In this document: positions 10,534-23,509 of the stretch, piece by piece
Position numbering within the stretch: position 1 is the first letter of the stretch
Layout: each line of letters begins with the position of its first letter
Source of the DNA: Oscillospiraceae bacterium
GTDB taxonomy: Bacteria > Bacillota > Clostridia > Oscillospirales > Ruminococcaceae
Assembly (NCBI GenBank): GCA_045121595.1
Contig: JBGVGI010000003.1
Location: 63,610-127,609, forward strand
Length of the DNA: 64,000 nt
Direction of reading: 5' to 3'
The notes under the pieces: model-generated
The model's input: the letters and a program-made list of their open reading frames with translations, nothing else
Told to the model about the DNA's origin: nothing
Database searches by the model: none
Translations under genes and position numbers: made by a program

Positions 10534-13500
10534 TTACTGTTCGATAGGTTCTATAGTTTCAACCTTTGTGGGAACAACAGAAACGTCATTGTAGCAGGAC
10601 ATACCTGTACCTGCGGGAACGAGTTTACCGATAATAACGTTTTCTTTAAGACCCATAAGGTGGTCAACCTTACCTTTGATAGCAGCTTCTGTGAGTACCT
10701 TTGTTGTTTCCTGGAAGGAAGCAGCAGAAAGGAAGCTTTCAGTAGCAAGAGACGCTTTTGTGATACCGAGAAGTACGGGTTCGAAGGTGATAAGGGAAAG
10801 ACCCATTTCACCTGCGTCAATTCTTTCCTGAATTCTCTGGTTTTCACGATATACGTCGCCACGTTCCATAACGGAGCCTGAAAGGAGTTCAGTGCTGCCG
10901 GGGCTTACGATTCTTACCTTCTTCATCATCTGGCGTACGATAACTTCGATATGCTTATCGTTGATATCAACACCCTGCAAACGGTAAGTTTTCTGTACTT
11001 CAGCAATAAGGTAGTTCTGAACTTCCTGTTCGCCTTTGACAGCGAGGATATCGTGAGGGTTAACGCTACCTTCAGTGAGGGAGTCACCAAGAGCAACCTC
11101 AGCACCTTCAAGCACTTTAATCTTAAAGCCGTAAGGAATTGTATAGCGGCGGGATTCTTCCTCGTTTGTAACCACAACAACACGCTGACGTTTTTCTTCG
11201 TCGAAGCTGATCTTACCACCGATTTCAGTGATAATAGCACTGTTTTTGGGTTTTCTTCCTTCGAAGAGTTCAACGATTCTGGGAAGACCCTGTGTAATAT
11301 CTTCTGCGTTCGCGATACCACCGGTATGGAACGTTCTCATTGTAAGCTGTGTACCGGGCTCACCGATAGACTGAGCGGCGATAACACCAACAGCCTCACC
11401 GACTGCGATGGGTTTACCGTTAGCAAGGTTGGAGCCGTAACATTTAGCACAGATACCCTGAGGTGAACGACAAGAAAGGATGGAACGGATTTCAACGGAG
11501 GTAGCACCTGCTTTGATAATCTTTTCAGCATCGCTTTCGTCCATAATCTTGTCTTTGGAAACGAGCACTTCGCCCGTTTTGGGGTCAACGAAGTCGTTAA
11601 CAAGGTATCTGCCCTGCAAACGTTCTGTCAAAGGCTCGATCATTTCATTGCCTTCTCTGATATCGTGTACCCAGATACCTTCGTGGCATCCGCAGTCTTC
11701 CTGACGGATGATTACGTCCTGAGATACGTCAACAAGACGTCTTGTGAGGTAACCTGAGTCAGCGGTACGGAGCGCTGTATCGGCAAGACCTTTACGCGCA
11801 CCACGGGAAGAAATGAAGTATTCGAGGATATTAAGACCTTCACGGTAGTTAGACTTAATGGGAACTTCGATTGTAGTACCTGCAGTATTTGCAATAAGAC
11901 CACGCATACCTGCAAGCTGTCTGATCTGGTTGATGCTACCACGAGCACCTGAGTCAGCCATCATATAGATGGGGTTAAAGTTATCAAGGTTTTCAGTAAG
12001 AGCATCGGAAACTTTATTTGTAGTTTCGTTCCAGATTTTGATAACGTGGCCTTTCTTTTCTTCTTCTGTGATAAGACCGCGTTCATACTGACGTGTGACT
12101 TTAAGAACTGCTTCTTCAGCCTCAGCGAGGAGTTCTTTCTTCTGGGGAGGAATTACAGCGTCGCAAACGGCAACGGTAATAGCACCCTTTGTAGAATACT
12201 TAAAGCCCTGAGCTTTTACTCTGTCGAGCACTTCGGAAGTCTTGGCAGTACCGTGAATACGGATACAACGGTCGATAATTTTACCGAGCTGTTTCTTGCC
12301 AACGAGGAAGTCGATTTCGAGTTTAAGCTGATTTTCTCTGACAGTTCTGTCAACAAAGCCTAAGTTCTGAGGAATCGGGTCGTTGAAGATAAGTCTTCCG
12401 ACAGTAGTATCGATAAATCCTGTAAGATTTCCTTTTGTAACGCGTACTTTGATTTTAGCGTGGAGGGTTACAACGCCTTCCTGATAAGCCATCAAAGCTT
12501 CGTTTACGTCACGGAATACCTTGCCTTCACCCTTATCACCTTCTTTAACCAAAGTAAGGTAGTAAGAACCGAGTACCATATCCTGTGTAGGAACGGCAAC
12601 GGGACGTCCGTCGGAGGGTTTGAGCAAGTTATTTGCAGCGAGCATAAGGAAACGTGCTTCTGCCTGAGCTTCAGCGGAAAGAGGTACGTGAACAGCCATC
12701 TGGTCACCGTCGAAGTCAGCGTTGTAAGCGGTACATACCAAAGGATGAAGCTTCAAAGCACGGCCTTCTACGAGTACGGGTTCAAATGCCTGAATACCAA
12801 GACGGTGAAGTGTAGGCGCACGGTTCAAGAGTACGGGGTGGTCCTTGATAACGATTTCGAGAGCATCCCATACTTCGGGACGTGCTCTGTCAACCATCTT
12901 ACGTGCACTCTTGATGTTATTTGCAGCGTTAGTTTCAACGAGTCTCTTCATAACGAAGGGTTTGAAGAGTTCGAGTGCCATTTCTTTAGGCAAACCACAC
13001 TGATACATTTTAAGTTCGGGACCAACTACGATAACAGAACGGCCTGAGTAGTCAACACGTTTACCGAGGAGGTTCTGTCTGAAACGTCCCTGCTTACCTT
13101 TAAGCATATCGGAAAGGGATTTCAAAGGACGGTTGTTGGGACCTGTAACGGGACGTCCGCGACGGCCGTTATCGATAAGAGCGTCAACTGCTTCCTGAAG
13201 CATACGTTTTTCGTTACGAACGATGATTTCGGGAGCGTTGAGTTCCAAAAGTCTCTGGAGACGGTTGTTACGGTTGATAACACGGCGGTAAAGATCGTTT
13301 AAATCAGATGACGCAAAACGGCCACCGTCGAGCTGAACCATAGGACGGATATCCGGAGGGATGACGGGGATTACGTCCAAAATCATCCATTCGGGTTTGT
13401 TGCCTGAAAGGCGGAATGCTTCTACACATTCAAGTCTTTTGAGGATACGGATTTTCTTCTGTCCTGTTGCGTCTTTAAGCTGACTTTTAAGCTCAACGGA

Positions 13501-14058
13501 CAAAGATTCAAGGTCGAGTTCAGCGAGGAGCTCTTTTACAGACTCAGCGCCCATACCTGCTCTGAAATCGTCCTCGTATTTTTCACGCATATCCATATAT
13601 TCTTTTTCAGAAAGAAGCTGTCCTTTTTCAAGAACTGTATTTCCCGGATCAATTACGATATACTTGCTGAAATACAAAACTTCTTCAAGTCTTCTGGGAG
13701 AGATATCAAGGATAAGACCCATACGGGAGGGGATACCCTTGAAGTACCAGATGTGTGATACGGGTGCTGCGAGCTGGATATGACCCATTCTTTCACGTCT
13801 TACCTTAGCTCTTGTTACTTCAACACCACATTTGTCACAGATTTTACCTTTATAACGTAAACGTTTATATTTTCCACAATGACATTCCCAGTCCTTGGTC
13901 GGACCAAAAATGCGCTCACAGAAAAGGCCGTCACGTTCGGGTTTGAGTGTGCGGTAGTTGATAGTTTCGGGTTTCTTTACTTCGCCGTGGGACCAGCTTA
14001 AAATCTGGTCGGGAGAAGCAAGACCTATTTTAATAGACTCAAAAACGTTAAATTCCAC
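10534..14058 (-). CDS. rpoC: RNA polymerase beta' subunit
   Basis: NADFDGDQM catalytic motif and N-terminal Zn-finger CxCGKY. Confidence 0.99.
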   Translation of the reverse strand: MEFNVFESIKIGLASPDQILSWSHGEVKKPETINYRTLKPERDGLFCERIFGPTKDWECHCGKYKRLRYKGKICDKCGVEVTRAKVRRERMGHIQLAAPVSHIWYFKGIPSRMGLILDISPRRLEEVLYFSKYIVIDPGNTVLEKGQLLSEKEYMDMREKYEDDFRAGMGAESVKELLAELDLESLSVELKSQLKDATGQKKIRILKRLECVEAFRLSGNKPEWMILDVIPVIPPDIRPMVQLDGGRFASSDLNDLYRRVINRNNRLQRLLELNAPEIIVRNEKRMLQEAVDALIDNGRRGRPVTGPNNRPLKSLSDMLKGKQGRFRQNLLGKRVDYSGRSVIVVGPELKMYQCGLPKEMALELFKPFVMKRLVETNAANNIKSARKMVDRARPEVWDALEIVIKDHPVLLNRAPTLHRLGIQAFEPVLVEGRALKLHPLVCTAYNADFDGDQMAVHVPLSAEAQAEARFLMLAANNLLKPSDGRPVAVPTQDMVLGSYYLTLVKEGDKGEGKVFRDVNEALMAYQEGVVTLHAKIKVRVTKGNLTGFIDTTVGRLIFNDPIPQNLGFVDRTVRENQLKLEIDFLVGKKQLGKIIDRCIRIHGTAKTSEVLDRVKAQGFKYSTKGAITVAVCDAVIPPQKKELLAEAEEAVLKVTRQYERGLITEEEKKGHVIKIWNETTNKVSDALTENLDNFNPIYMMADSGARGSINQIRQLAGMRGLIANTAGTTIEVPIKSNYREGLNILEYFISSRGARKGLADTALRTADSGYLTRRLVDVSQDVIIRQEDCGCHEGIWVHDIREGNEMIEPLTERLQGRYLVNDFVDPKTGEVLVSKDKIMDESDAEKIIKAGATSVEIRSILSCRSPQGICAKCYGSNLANGKPIAVGEAVGVIAAQSIGEPGTQLTMRTFHTGGIANAEDITQGLPRIVELFEGRKPKNSAIITEIGGKISFDEEKRQRVVVVTNEEESRRYTIPYGFKIKVLEGAEVALGDSLTEGSVNPHDILAVKGEQEVQNYLIAEVQKTYRLQGVDINDKHIEVIVRQMMKKVRIVSPGSTELLSGSVMERGDVYRENQRIQERIDAGEMGLSLITFEPVLLGITKASLATESFLSAASFQETTKVLTEAAIKGKVDHLMGLKENVIIGKLVPAGTGMSCYNDVSVVPTKVETIEPIEQ

Positions 14059-14076
14059 TTACGACCCCTTCTTTCC

Positions 14077-17000
14077 TTAAAATTCTTCTTCATCTTCGCC
14101 GTCAAATTCGAAAACGTACTCTTCTTCTTCAAAATCATCGGAATCGTCAAGAACATCTTCTGCATCAGCGGTGATATAGCCTTCCATTTCGCCGTCTTCA
14201 ACGTACTTGAATTCTTCTTCGAAATGGCGGTCATCTATTTCTGCACTGTTAAAGGTAATATCGTCATCCTCGTCAAAGTTCTGCTTGAGGTCGATTTCAT
14301 TGGACTCTTTGTCAAGTACTTTGACGTCAAGACCCAAGGACTGGAGCTCTTTGATAAGAACTTTGAAGGATTCGGGGATACCTGACTGAGGTATGTTATG
14401 ACCTTTAACGATAGCTTCGTAGGTTTTAACACGTCCTACAACGTCGTCAGACTTAACGGTAAGGATTTCCTGCAAGGTGTAAGCCGCACCGTAAGCTTCG
14501 AGTGCCCAAACTTCCATTTCACCGAATCTCTGACCGCCAAACTGTGCTTTACCACCGAGAGGCTGCTGAGTTACGAGTGAGTAAGGACCTGTGGAACGTG
14601 CGTGAATCTTATCGTCAACAAGGTGATGGAGCTTGAGGTAATACATAATACCAACGGTTACGCGGTTATCGAACTGTTCACCTGTACGTCCGTCGTAAAG
14701 AACTGTCTTACCGTCTTCATCAAGACCTGCTTCTCTGAAACAAGCTCTGATATCTTCTTCGTGTGCGCCGTCGAATACGGGAGTCATAATCTTCCAGCCG
14801 AGTGCTTTGGCAGCGTATCCGAGATGCACTTCAAGTACCTGTCCGATGTTCATACGTGAAGGTACGCCCAAGGGGTTAAGAACGATATCCAAAGGAGTAC
14901 CGTCGGGGAGGAAGGGCATATCTTCCTGAGGTAAAATTCTGGAAACGACACCCTTGTTACCGTGACGACCAGCCATCTTATCTCCGACGCTTATCTTACG
15001 TTTCTGTGCAACGTAACAACGAACAACCATATTTACACCGGCATTAAGCTCGTTACTGTTTTCTCTTGTGAATACCTTAACGTCAACGATGATACCGTAT
15101 TCACCGTGAGGTACTCTGAGTGAAGTATCACGTACTTCTCTTGCTTTTTCACCGAAGATTGCACGGAGAAGTCTTTCTTCAGCGGTAAGCTCGGTTTCAC
15201 CCTTGGGAGTAACCTTACCAACCAAGATATCACCTGCGCGAACTTCAGCACCGATACGGATAATACCACGTTCGTCCAAATCTTTAAGAGCATCTTCACC
15301 AACGTTGGGGATATCTCTTGTGATTTCTTCCGGACCGAGTTTGGTATCACGTGCTTCGATTTCGTATTCTTCGATATGGATAGAGGTATAAACGTCGTCT
15401 CTTACAATCTTTTCATTGATAAGAACAGCATCCTCGTAGTTATAACCTTCCCAGGTCATAAAGCCGATGAGGGCATTCTTACCGAGGGAGATTTCGCCGT
15501 CTGCAGTAGCAGGACCATCAGCGATAACCTGACCTTTTTTAACCTTTTCGCCCTTGTCAACGATAGGACGCTGGTTGATACATGTACCCTGGTTGGAACG
15601 CATAAACTTGATAACGGGATACTCGTGGAGTAAACCTGCATCGTCTTTGATAACGATCTGGTCAGCGGAAACGCTTTCGATGACACCGTCCTGTTTTGCG
15701 AGTACGCAGACACCTGAGTCAACTGCAGCTTTGTATTCCATACCAGTACCAACGATGGGAGATTCAGTTTTCAAAAGCGGAACTGCCTGACGCTGCATGT
15801 TCGCACCCATCAACGCACGGTTTGCGTCGTCGTTTTCAAGGAAGGGAATCATTGCAGTAGCAACAGATACGAGCATTCTGGGAGATACGTCCATATAGTC
15901 AACACGGCTACTGTCAATCTGCATAATTTCGTCGCGGTAACGAACGTTAACACGGGGACGTGCGAGGCGTCCTTCCTCTGTGAGAGGTTCGTTAGCCTGT
16001 ACAACGATTACTTCGTCTTCAACGTCAGCAGTCATATATACAACTTCATCAGTTACAACGCCTGTTTCCTTGTCAACCTTGCGGTAAGGCGCTTCGATAA
16101 AGCCGTATTCGTTAATTCTTGCAAATGTAGCAAGGTAGGAGATAAGACCGATGTTAGGACCTTCAGGAGTTTCGATAGGACACATTCTTCCGTAGTGAGA
16201 ATAGTGAACGTCACGAACCTCGAAACTTGCACGGTCTCTGGACAAACCACCCGGACCAAGGGCAGAAAGACGTCTCTTATGAGTAAGCTCTGCGAGGGGG
16301 TTGTTCTGGTCCATGAACTGGCTCAAGGGAGAAGATCCGAAGAATTCCTTGATAGCTGCCATAACGGGACGGATATTGATAAGAGTAGCGGGTGTTACTT
16401 CTTCCATATCCTGAGCCTGCAAGGTCATTCTTTCACGGATAACTCTCTCTGTACGGGAGAAACCGATTCTGAACTGGTTCTGCAAAAGTTCACCAACGGG
16501 ACGGATACGACGGTTACCGAGGTGGTCGATATCGTCAACTGTGCCGAGGCCGTATGCAAGACAGTTCATATAGTTAATAGAAGCGATAATATCGTCTTTG
16601 ATGATATGTTTGGGGATAAGGCGGTTAACGTTTTTCTTGATAAGTTCAACTCTTTCAGCATCATCTTCTGTGCTTTCGAGAATTTCTTTCAAAACGCTGA
16701 AACGAACCTTTTCGTTGATACCGCATTCAGCTTTGTCAATATCAATAAAGTCAGTGATTTCAACCATACCGTTGGAGATAACTTTGATATCCTTATCTTC
16801 AACGCGAACGTATACTGTGGAAACACCAGCCTTTTCGATTTCCAAAGCTTTTTCACGTGTTACAACTTCATTTTCCTCAGCAATAATTTCACCTGTAAGC
16901 TCGTTTACAACGGGCTGAGCAAGTGTCTGACCTGTAAGTCTTAAAGCAATGCCGAGTTTTTTGTTGTATTTATAACGTCCTACACGGGAAAGGTCATAGC

Positions 17001-17862
17001 GATGCTCATCAAACAACAAGGGAACTAAGTGTTTGATGGCAGATTCGGGTGTAGGGGGTTCACCGGGACGGAGTTTGCGGTAGATTTCAAGCAAAGCTTC
17101 GTCACCGTTTTTAGTTGTATCTTTGCCCTGAAGAGTAGTAACAACGGTAGCACTGTCACCGAAGATTTCCAAAATATCGGCATCAGTACCCATATTGTCA
17201 CTGAGAGCAAGTTTGTAATCCTCGAGTACCTGTTCTACCGGCACGTCGTCACGGATTCTTAAAAGTGCACGGATAAATACGGTAATCGGAATCTTACGGT
17301 TTTTATCGATACGCACGTAGAATATATCACTGGAGTCAGTTTCATACTCGAGCCAAGCACCACGGTTGGGAATAACTGTGGATCTGAACAGTTTCTTACC
17401 GGTTTTATCAAATGCATCAGCATAATAAACACCGGGAGAACGTACGAGCTGAGAAACGATAACACGTTCAGCACCGTTGATTACAAAAGTACCGCTTTCG
17501 GTCATAAGCGGGAAATCACCCATATTGATTTCCTGTTCTTTCACCTCACCGGTTTCTTTGTTCAGAAGGCGTGCTCTTACGTGCAAAGCGGCAGCATAAG
17601 TTGCATCTCTCACTTTACATTCCGTTACAGAATATTTGGGCTCGCTGTCCAAACGGTAGTCGATAAAATCAAGCACCAGATTACCGGTATAGTCAGTGAT
17701 TGCAGACATATCCGCAAACACTTCCTTAAGGCCTTGCTCCAAAAACCATTTGTAGGAATCAATCTGTACCTCGATAAGATTGGGCATATCGAGAACTTCA
17801 TCAATTCTGGCAAAGCTCATACGGGTATTTTTTCCGACTTTTACAGGCTTGACATTCACCAT
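14077..17862 (-). CDS. rpoB: RNA polymerase beta subunit
   Basis: [49 protein letters not shown] 17862 is the likely start (ORF track GTG 17874). Confidence 0.99.
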   Translation of the reverse strand: MVNVKPVKVGKNTRMSFARIDEVLDMPNLIEVQIDSYKWFLEQGLKEVFADMSAITDYTGNLVLDFIDYRLDSEPKYSVTECKVRDATYAAALHVRARLLNKETGEVKEQEINMGDFPLMTESGTFVINGAERVIVSQLVRSPGVYYADAFDKTGKKLFRSTVIPNRGAWLEYETDSSDIFYVRIDKNRKIPITVFIRALLRIRDDVPVEQVLEDYKLALSDNMGTDADILEIFGDSATVVTTLQGKDTTKNGDEALLEIYRKLRPGEPPTPESAIKHLVPLLFDEHRYDLSRVGRYKYNKKLGIALRLTGQTLAQPVVNELTGEIIAEENEVVTREKALEIEKAGVSTVYVRVEDKDIKVISNGMVEITDFIDIDKAECGINEKVRFSVLKEILESTEDDAERVELIKKNVNRLIPKHIIKDDIIASINYMNCLAYGLGTVDDIDHLGNRRIRPVGELLQNQFRIGFSRTERVIRERMTLQAQDMEEVTPATLINIRPVMAAIKEFFGSSPLSQFMDQNNPLAELTHKRRLSALGPGGLSRDRASFEVRDVHYSHYGRMCPIETPEGPNIGLISYLATFARINEYGFIEAPYRKVDKETGVVTDEVVYMTADVEDEVIVVQANEPLTEEGRLARPRVNVRYRDEIMQIDSSRVDYMDVSPRMLVSVATAMIPFLENDDANRALMGANMQRQAVPLLKTESPIVGTGMEYKAAVDSGVCVLAKQDGVIESVSADQIVIKDDAGLLHEYPVIKFMRSNQGTCINQRPIVDKGEKVKKGQVIADGPATADGEISLGKNALIGFMTWEGYNYEDAVLINEKIVRDDVYTSIHIEEYEIEARDTKLGPEEITRDIPNVGEDALKDLDERGIIRIGAEVRAGDILVGKVTPKGETELTAEERLLRAIFGEKAREVRDTSLRVPHGEYGIIVDVKVFTRENSNELNAGVNMVVRCYVAQKRKISVGDKMAGRHGNKGVVSRILPQEDMPFLPDGTPLDIVLNPLGVPSRMNIGQVLEVHLGYAAKALGWKIMTPVFDGAHEEDIRACFREAGLDEDGKTVLYDGRTGEQFDNRVTVGIMYYLKLHHLVDDKIHARSTGPYSLVTQQPLGGKAQFGGQRFGEMEVWALEAYGAAYTLQEILTVKSDDVVGRVKTYEAIVKGHNIPQSGIPESFKVLIKELQSLGLDVKVLDKESNEIDLKQNFDEDDDITFNSAEIDDRHFEEEFKYVEDGEMEGYITADAEDVLDDSDDFEEEEYVFEFDGEDEEEF

Positions 17863-18069
17863 TGGCTTAATCACTCCATTTCATCTATTTACGGCAGATT
17901 TTTAGTTAAATTTTCAAACAAAAACTGCCCGTCCAAACCTTTGTGCAAAAACGCAACAATTTTTAAAAATGTTATTGATTTTTTGCACAAAATAACCACT
18001 TAAAATCTGTATCATTTGAATATTTTTATTACTTTAAAGGCACAAATATCCATTTTGATACAGTATATC

Positions 18070-18098
18070 ATTATAGTACAAATTTCAAGGTTTGTCAA
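18070..18098 (-). promoter_or_regulatory. Consensus SigA promoter of rpoBC
   Basis: TTGACA-17 nt-TATAAT about 200 nt upstream of rpoB. Confidence 0.85.
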
Positions 18099-18160
18099 CT
18101 AAAATTTTCTAATTTTTAAAAAAAAATTTTACTGCCCCGTTTTCACGAGGCAGTAAGATG

Positions 18161-18790
18161 TTAAATATGCTTTTTAAGAAAATGTCCGACCAGAAATCCA
18201 CCGACAGCGGTAATGATGATTTCAGGTATCATATAAAGTCCGTTATAGATGACAGAGTAAACAAACATCAGCGTATTGCCCGAGAGCTTTGTGAGAATCC
18301 CCATTCCCCATTCGCTTTGCGAGAAAAACCATTCGGCGTACACGCCAAAAAGGATATAGCCTGATATGATATGTACGATATACCTTGCCATAAGTCCCAT
18401 CACCGCACCGACTGCAAGTGACACGGCAGGTGTTTTGGTGAAACGTTTTGCACACCCTGCGATACCGATTGCCATAAATGCAAGGATATAGTCAAGTAAA
18501 ACAACGAAGATAAACTTTTTAAGTCCGTCGTTTTCGCTTATCATAACTGCGAGTCCCCCCGCCCTGAAGCCTGAGATAAGCATCGTGATAAGCCCGTGGG
18601 CAAGTCCTGAAAAAGCACCCCACAAAACACCGTGGCGGTAGGCAATAATGACAAGCGGTAACATTGAAAATAAGGTTACCGAGCCGCCGTATGCCCAGAT
18701 GCCGTCAATTTTGAAGAATGTGTCGAGGATTATTCCCAGAGCGAGAAGTAATCCTGTTTCCGATAGTCTTAACGTTTTTGTTTTTTGCAT
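18161..18790 (-). CDS. thiT: ECF-type thiamine transporter S component
   Basis: Multi-TM protein with GGSVT...MLPLVIIAYR.G, LDYILAF, HIISG and YNG.YMIPE motifs; lies downstream of a TPP riboswitch. Confidence 0.9.
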   Translation of the reverse strand: MQKTKTLRLSETGLLLALGIILDTFFKIDGIWAYGGSVTLFSMLPLVIIAYRHGVLWGAFSGLAHGLITMLISGFRAGGLAVMISENDGLKKFIFVVLLDYILAFMAIGIAGCAKRFTKTPAVSLAVGAVMGLMARYIVHIISGYILFGVYAEWFFSQSEWGMGILTKLSGNTLMFVYSVIYNGLYMIPEIIITAVGGFLVGHFLKKHI

Positions 18791-18855
18791 TTTGAAACCT
18801 CTTTTTAAATAGATTTCAGGAGCCTTTAACCTAAGGAGAAAAGCCTTAATTATAC

Positions 18856-18888
18856 AAAAAAACCGCAGGGTGGGGATTCCCTGCGGTC
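18856..18888 (-). terminator. Riboswitch expression-platform terminator
   Basis: ACCGCAGGG...CCCTGCGGT followed by a T7 tract on the minus strand. Confidence 0.85.
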
Positions 18889-18913
18889 ACAGATTTGCAA
18901 ATTATTGCTTTTT

Positions 18914-19005
18914 CAAATCTTCCTACGCTGGTATTACCCAAACAGGTTAAAAGGGTTAAAGCATTCGCTTCTCTCAGCCGACTTTAAGTCAGCACCCCTG
19001 ATTTA
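18914..19005 (-). ncRNA. TPP riboswitch
   Basis: Minus strand AGGGGTGC...GGCTGAGAG...AACCCTTTTAACCTG...GGGTAATACCAGCGTAGGAAG matches the THI-box consensus. Confidence 0.95.
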
Positions 19006-19123
19006 AGTACATTTTACAACAAAATTTTCATTTTGTCAATAGGAAATAACAAGGCTCCCTTGTGTAAAGGGAGGCTTTATATACGGATAGTGCCGTGAAC
19101 AAAAGCTCACGGCACTATATGTA

Positions 19124-19585
19124 TTAACCGATTTTATTAACCTTCAAGGACTGGCGTTTGGAACGGATTTCGTTAAGATTTTTGGAAAGCTGTTCCTCAC
19201 TTGCACGAAGCATAGCGTCAACGTAGTCACCCGTTGCTTTTTTGAGTTCTCTTGCCTGAAGCTGAGAGTTGCTCATAATTTCATTTGCACGAGTCTGAGC
19301 CTGTTTTACAATTTCGTTCTGGTCAACAAGTTTTTTGGAACGTTCTTCCGCAACACGGATTACCATTTCAGCTTCTTTTTTAGCGTCGTCCAAAATAATC
19401 TTGCGGTCGTTTACGATTTCCTGAGCCTTCTGGATTTCTGTAGGAAGATGCAAACGGATATCTTCAACAAGTTCCCTGAACTTTTCTACGTCAACCAGCG
19501 ATTTTCCGTGGGACATGGGAACACTCCATGCGCTGTCCAGCATTTCTTCCATCAACATCAGAATACTGTCAATATTGTTGTTCAT
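19124..19585 (-). CDS. Conserved coiled-coil hypothetical protein (DivIVA/ATP synthase b-like) following coaD
   Basis: Helical repeats (EIVNDRKIILDDAKKEAEMVIRVAEERS) in the usual Clostridia position after coaD. Confidence 0.7.
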   Translation of the reverse strand: MNNNIDSILMLMEEMLDSAWSVPMSHGKSLVDVEKFRELVEDIRLHLPTEIQKAQEIVNDRKIILDDAKKEAEMVIRVAEERSKKLVDQNEIVKQAQTRANEIMSNSQLQARELKKATGDYVDAMLRASEEQLSKNLNEIRSKRQSLKVNKIG

Positions 19586-19648
19586 GAGTTTACTCCATTT
19601 CTCCGTGCGAAAAATCTTTTTTGCCCTGCCCGCACGATGGCATTTGTT

Positions 19649-20131
19649 TTAAATTTTGTTAAACCTTTTTTTAATATCTTCGGCAATACATTCAGGAACA
19701 AATCCGCTTATATCGCCGCCAAAGCTCGCCATCTGTTTTACAAGACTTGAGCTTAAATACATATTTTCCCCTGCCGCCGTAAAGAAGATAGTTTCGGCAT
19801 CGGGATTAAGTTTTTTATTGGCGAGTGACATCTGAAATTCATATTCAAAGTCCGACACCGCCCTCAGTCCTTTGACGATTGCACAGGCACCCTTCATTTT
19901 AAGGTAATCTGCAAGTAAACCGTCATAAGAGTCAACGGTTACGTTTTTAAGATGTGCGGTTGCTTTTTTTGCAAACAAAACTCTGTCTTCCATAGAAAAG
20001 AGAGAGGTTTTTGCCGCATTCACAGAAATTAAAACGATAACCTTATCAAAAAGCTTTGCAGCTCTTGTAACAACGTCCATATGTCCTATCGTAATCGGGT
20101 CAAAACTACCGGGACAAACTGCAATTTTCAT
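19649..20131 (-). CDS. coaD: Phosphopantetheine adenylyltransferase
   Basis: PGSFDPITIGH, KGLRAVSDFEYE, LSSSLVK. Confidence 0.97.
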   Translation of the reverse strand: MKIAVCPGSFDPITIGHMDVVTRAAKLFDKVIVLISVNAAKTSLFSMEDRVLFAKKATAHLKNVTVDSYDGLLADYLKMKGACAIVKGLRAVSDFEYEFQMSLANKKLNPDAETIFFTAAGENMYLSSSLVKQMASFGGDISGFVPECIAEDIKKRFNKI

Positions 20132-20139
20132 TATGTCGC

Positions 20140-20676
20140 CTACTTTCGGATATACGCACTTATCATAATTCTGCCGTAGCGGTAACGTTTTTTAAGGATA
20201 AGCTCATCGGTTTCATCGGGGAGCGTTTCCATTTTATCGTGTTCGTAAAGAATAATACCGCCGTCGGAAAGAGGTTTATGAATAAGCGGAAAAAGCTTTT
20301 CGGGAAAGCCTTTGTTATAAGGTGGGTCTAAAAATATTATATCATATTTTTCCAAAGCATTCAAAAGAAAACTTTCTGCATCACCCAAAAGCACTTTTCC
20401 CTGTTTTGTAAAGCCAGTGGTATTAAGGTTTTCTTTAATGGCGTCCTGGCATTTTTTAGAACTGTCCAAAAACACCGCCTTGTTTGCACCACGGCTTAAC
20501 GCCTCAATTCCCATCTGTCCTGAACCTGCAAAAAGGTCCAAAACGTTTGAGTAAGGCACTATAAACTGAATTGTACTGAAAACCGCTTCCTTTACCATAT
20601 CGGTAGTGGGGCGGGTATCCATACCCTCGGGAGTGATAAGTTTTCTTCCTCTCGCCGAGCCTGTAATAACTCTCAT
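20140..20676 (-). CDS. rsmD: 16S rRNA m2G966 methyltransferase
   Basis: MRVITG.ARG, RPT, LDLFAGSG, FLDPPY. Confidence 0.95.
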   Translation of the reverse strand: MRVITGSARGRKLITPEGMDTRPTTDMVKEAVFSTIQFIVPYSNVLDLFAGSGQMGIEALSRGANKAVFLDSSKKCQDAIKENLNTTGFTKQGKVLLGDAESFLLNALEKYDIIFLDPPYNKGFPEKLFPLIHKPLSDGGIILYEHDKMETLPDETDELILKKRYRYGRIMISAYIRK

Positions 20677-20689
20677 AAAATATACCTTT

Positions 20690-21823
20690 CTAACGAAAAC
20701 GGTTGTGATAGCTTACACTCATCACAAGCCCCATAGCGGCAAGTGACGTGATAACTGACGTTCCTCCCGCACTGACAAGCGGAAGTGTAATTCCTATAAC
20801 GGGTAAAACGCCAAGCACCATACCGATATTTATAACCATCTGGAACATATACATCGAGAACACCCCGACGCATATATAACAACCTAATGGGTCCATCGAA
20901 ATTCGTGCCGTCAGTAATATTCTAACACAAATTGCCGTCAATATCAAGACGATAAATGCACAACCTACAAATCCCATCGTCTGACCGATGTGTGAAAGGA
21001 TAAAATCGTTCTCCAGAGCGAACACCCAGTTTAAGTCATCGGAAAAAAGTCCTTTTCCGAAAACCATTCCCGAGCCTAAAATTCTTCTGCCCGTGAGCTG
21101 TTGGTGACCAAACCCCAGAGCATCGCCCGAAAGGTCTGTGAGCACTAAAAATCTTTCCTTGAGGTAGTCGGGGATGATACCGCTGAACCAGACTATCGGA
21201 ATCGTCACACCGACGATACCGAGTCCGCCTAAGATACACTTATAGGAAATCCCCGCAGTGAAAATCATACAAAGGAAGATAAAGAAGAACACGAGTGCCG
21301 AGCCCATATCCCCCTGTAAAAAGACGGTAAGACACGGAAGCGCTGCATGCAGACAAAGGAAAAAGATGTTTCTCGGATGATTTATCTCCTCACGCACCCT
21401 CGATAAATGGAGTGCAAAGGTCAAAATAAAGGAAATCTTTAAAAGCTCAGACGGTTGAAGCGAAAACCCCGCAATTCTGAGCCATGCGGCGTCGTCGGAG
21501 CCCGGAGGCTGATATACAACCGGCAGATTTGTAAAAGTCAAAAGCACGAGTGAAGCCGTAACGGGCAGATGGATAAACCATACTTTCGCCATAAAGTTAT
21601 AGCTGACAGTAGCCATAAAAAGCATCACGGAAAGTCCGATAACTGCAGTAATCACCTGCATAATAAACGGATTAAAACGTCTTGACCCCGTCGAGATAAA
21701 CCCTGCTTTAAGCTCAGAGTACAAGGTGAGGCAACTGAAAAACACCGTCACCGCACACAGAAAAAGCAAGGTTTTGTCCACTCTTTTAAAATAACCTTTT
21801 ATTATTTGCCAGAAAGCGTCCAT
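20690..21823 (-). CDS. rodA: SEDS family glycosyltransferase (RodA/FtsW/SpoVE)
   Basis: About 10 TMs, LQPSELLK, Q.D.G, GITLPLVSAGGTS. The exact SEDS paralog is uncertain. Confidence 0.8.
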   Translation of the reverse strand: MDAFWQIIKGYFKRVDKTLLFLCAVTVFFSCLTLYSELKAGFISTGSRRFNPFIMQVITAVIGLSVMLFMATVSYNFMAKVWFIHLPVTASLVLLTFTNLPVVYQPPGSDDAAWLRIAGFSLQPSELLKISFILTFALHLSRVREEINHPRNIFFLCLHAALPCLTVFLQGDMGSALVFFFIFLCMIFTAGISYKCILGGLGIVGVTIPIVWFSGIIPDYLKERFLVLTDLSGDALGFGHQQLTGRRILGSGMVFGKGLFSDDLNWVFALENDFILSHIGQTMGFVGCAFIVLILTAICVRILLTARISMDPLGCYICVGVFSMYMFQMVINIGMVLGVLPVIGITLPLVSAGGTSVITSLAAMGLVMSVSYHNRFR

Positions 21824-21836
21824 ATTCTACCTTCTT

Positions 21837-23507
21837 TTAGAAGAGTCCCGAAATACTTCCCTTTTCGTCAACGTCAATAAGTTCAGCACTCGGACGTTTG
21901 GGAAGTCCGGGCATAGTCATAATACTGCCTGTCAAAACTACAACGAAACCTGCACCTGCGGAAAGTTTCACTTCGGAAACGTTAATGGTAAAGCCTGTAG
22001 GTCTGCCGAGTTTCGTGGGGTCATCGGAAAGTGAATACTGAGTTTTAGCCATACATACAGGGATATTGCCAAAACCGAGAGCAGTGATTTCTGCAATAGC
22101 CTTTTTAGCAGAAGGTGAGTATTCAACTCCGTCAGCACCGTAGATTTCCTTACAAACTGTTTCGATTTTTTCTTCGATAGTCTTGTCAAGGTCGTAAATC
22201 GGTTTGAAATCGGATTTTTCGGTTTCAAGTACCTTGAGCACTGTGTTTGCAAGGTCGATACCGCCGTCTCCGCCTTTTGCGAACACTTCGGAAAGTGCGT
22301 AGGGAACCTGAAGCTCCTTACAGCAGTCGTCAACTACCTTGATTTCTGCATCGGTATCGGTGTGGAAGCGGTTGATAGCAACTGCAACGGGTACACCGAA
22401 CTTCTTCATATTCTCAACGTGAGCTTTCATATTAACGATACCTTTTTTGAGCGCTTCAACGTTTTCTGCGGCAAGGTCAGGTTTCGCAACACCGCCGTTG
22501 TATTTAAGTGCTCTTACAGTAGCTACTACCACTACGCAGTCGGGTTTAAGACCTGCGTAACGGCACTTGATGTCAAAGAATTTCTCAGCGCCGAGGTCGG
22601 AGCCGAAACCTGCTTCGGTGATAACGTAGTCACCGAGCTTTAATGCAAGTTTTGTAGCTCTTACGGAGTTACATCCGTGAGCAATATTTGCAAAAGGACC
22701 GCCATGCATCAGAACGGGAGTGTTCTCGAGTGTCTGCACAAGGTTAGGTTTGAGCGCATCTTTTAAAAGTGCAGTCATAGCACCTTCGGCGTTTAAGTCT
22801 TTTGCGTAAACGGGTTTGTTATCATAAGTATAACCCACCAAAATTGTGGAGATACGTTTTTTGAGGTCGTCTAAATCGGAAGCAAGGCACAAAATAGCCA
22901 TAATTTCACTTGCAACAGTGATAATAAAGCCGTCTTCACGGGGAACGCCGTTTAACTTACCGCCAAGACCTACTACAACGTTACGGAGTGCTCTGTCGTT
23001 CATATCAAGGCAACGTTTAAAAAGAATTCTTCTGGGGTCAATACCAAGCACGTTACCCTGCTGAAGATGGTTATCAACCAAAGCACAGAGAAGGTTATTT
23101 GCAGCGGTAATTGCGTGCATATCACCTGTAAAATGCAAGTTGATGTCTTCCATCGGTACAGCCTGAGCGTATCCGCCACCTGCGGCACCACCCTTGATAC
23201 CGAAAACGGGGCCCAAAGAGGGTTCACGCAAAGCGATAACGGTTTTCTTACCGAGTTTGCACATAGCCTGACCGAGACCAACAGAGGTGGTAGTTTTACC
23301 TTCACCTGCAGGGGTGGGGTTAATAGCTGTTACAAGGATAAGTTTGCCGTCCTTATTGTTTTTGCATTTTTCGATAAGTTCATCGGAAAGTTTTGCTTTA
23401 TATTTTCCGTAAAACTCAAGGTCGTCTGCATCAATGTCAAGAGCCTTTGCAACGTCTGCAATCGGAAGCATTTTCGCAGCCTGTGCAATTTCAATATCTG
23501 TAAGCAT
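21837..23507 (-). CDS. fhs: Formate-tetrahydrofolate ligase
   Basis: [34 protein letters not shown] 23507 follows GGGAGG. Confidence 0.98.
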   Translation of the reverse strand: MLTDIEIAQAAKMLPIADVAKALDIDADDLEFYGKYKAKLSDELIEKCKNNKDGKLILVTAINPTPAGEGKTTTSVGLGQAMCKLGKKTVIALREPSLGPVFGIKGGAAGGGYAQAVPMEDINLHFTGDMHAITAANNLLCALVDNHLQQGNVLGIDPRRILFKRCLDMNDRALRNVVVGLGGKLNGVPREDGFIITVASEIMAILCLASDLDDLKKRISTILVGYTYDNKPVYAKDLNAEGAMTALLKDALKPNLVQTLENTPVLMHGGPFANIAHGCNSVRATKLALKLGDYVITEAGFGSDLGAEKFFDIKCRYAGLKPDCVVVVATVRALKYNGGVAKPDLAAENVEALKKGIVNMKAHVENMKKFGVPVAVAINRFHTDTDAEIKVVDDCCKELQVPYALSEVFAKGGDGGIDLANTVLKVLETEKSDFKPIYDLDKTIEEKIETVCKEIYGADGVEYSPSAKKAIAEITALGFGNIPVCMAKTQYSLSDDPTKLGRPTGFTINVSEVKLSAGAGFVVVLTGSIMTMPGLPKRPSAELIDVDEKGSISGLF

Positions 23508-23509
23508 TG

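Noticed and set aside
6044-17262. Many 100-290 aa antisense ORFs over tuf, fusA, rpoC and rpoB
   Set aside because: Same codon-bias artefact; no SD or recognisable domains.
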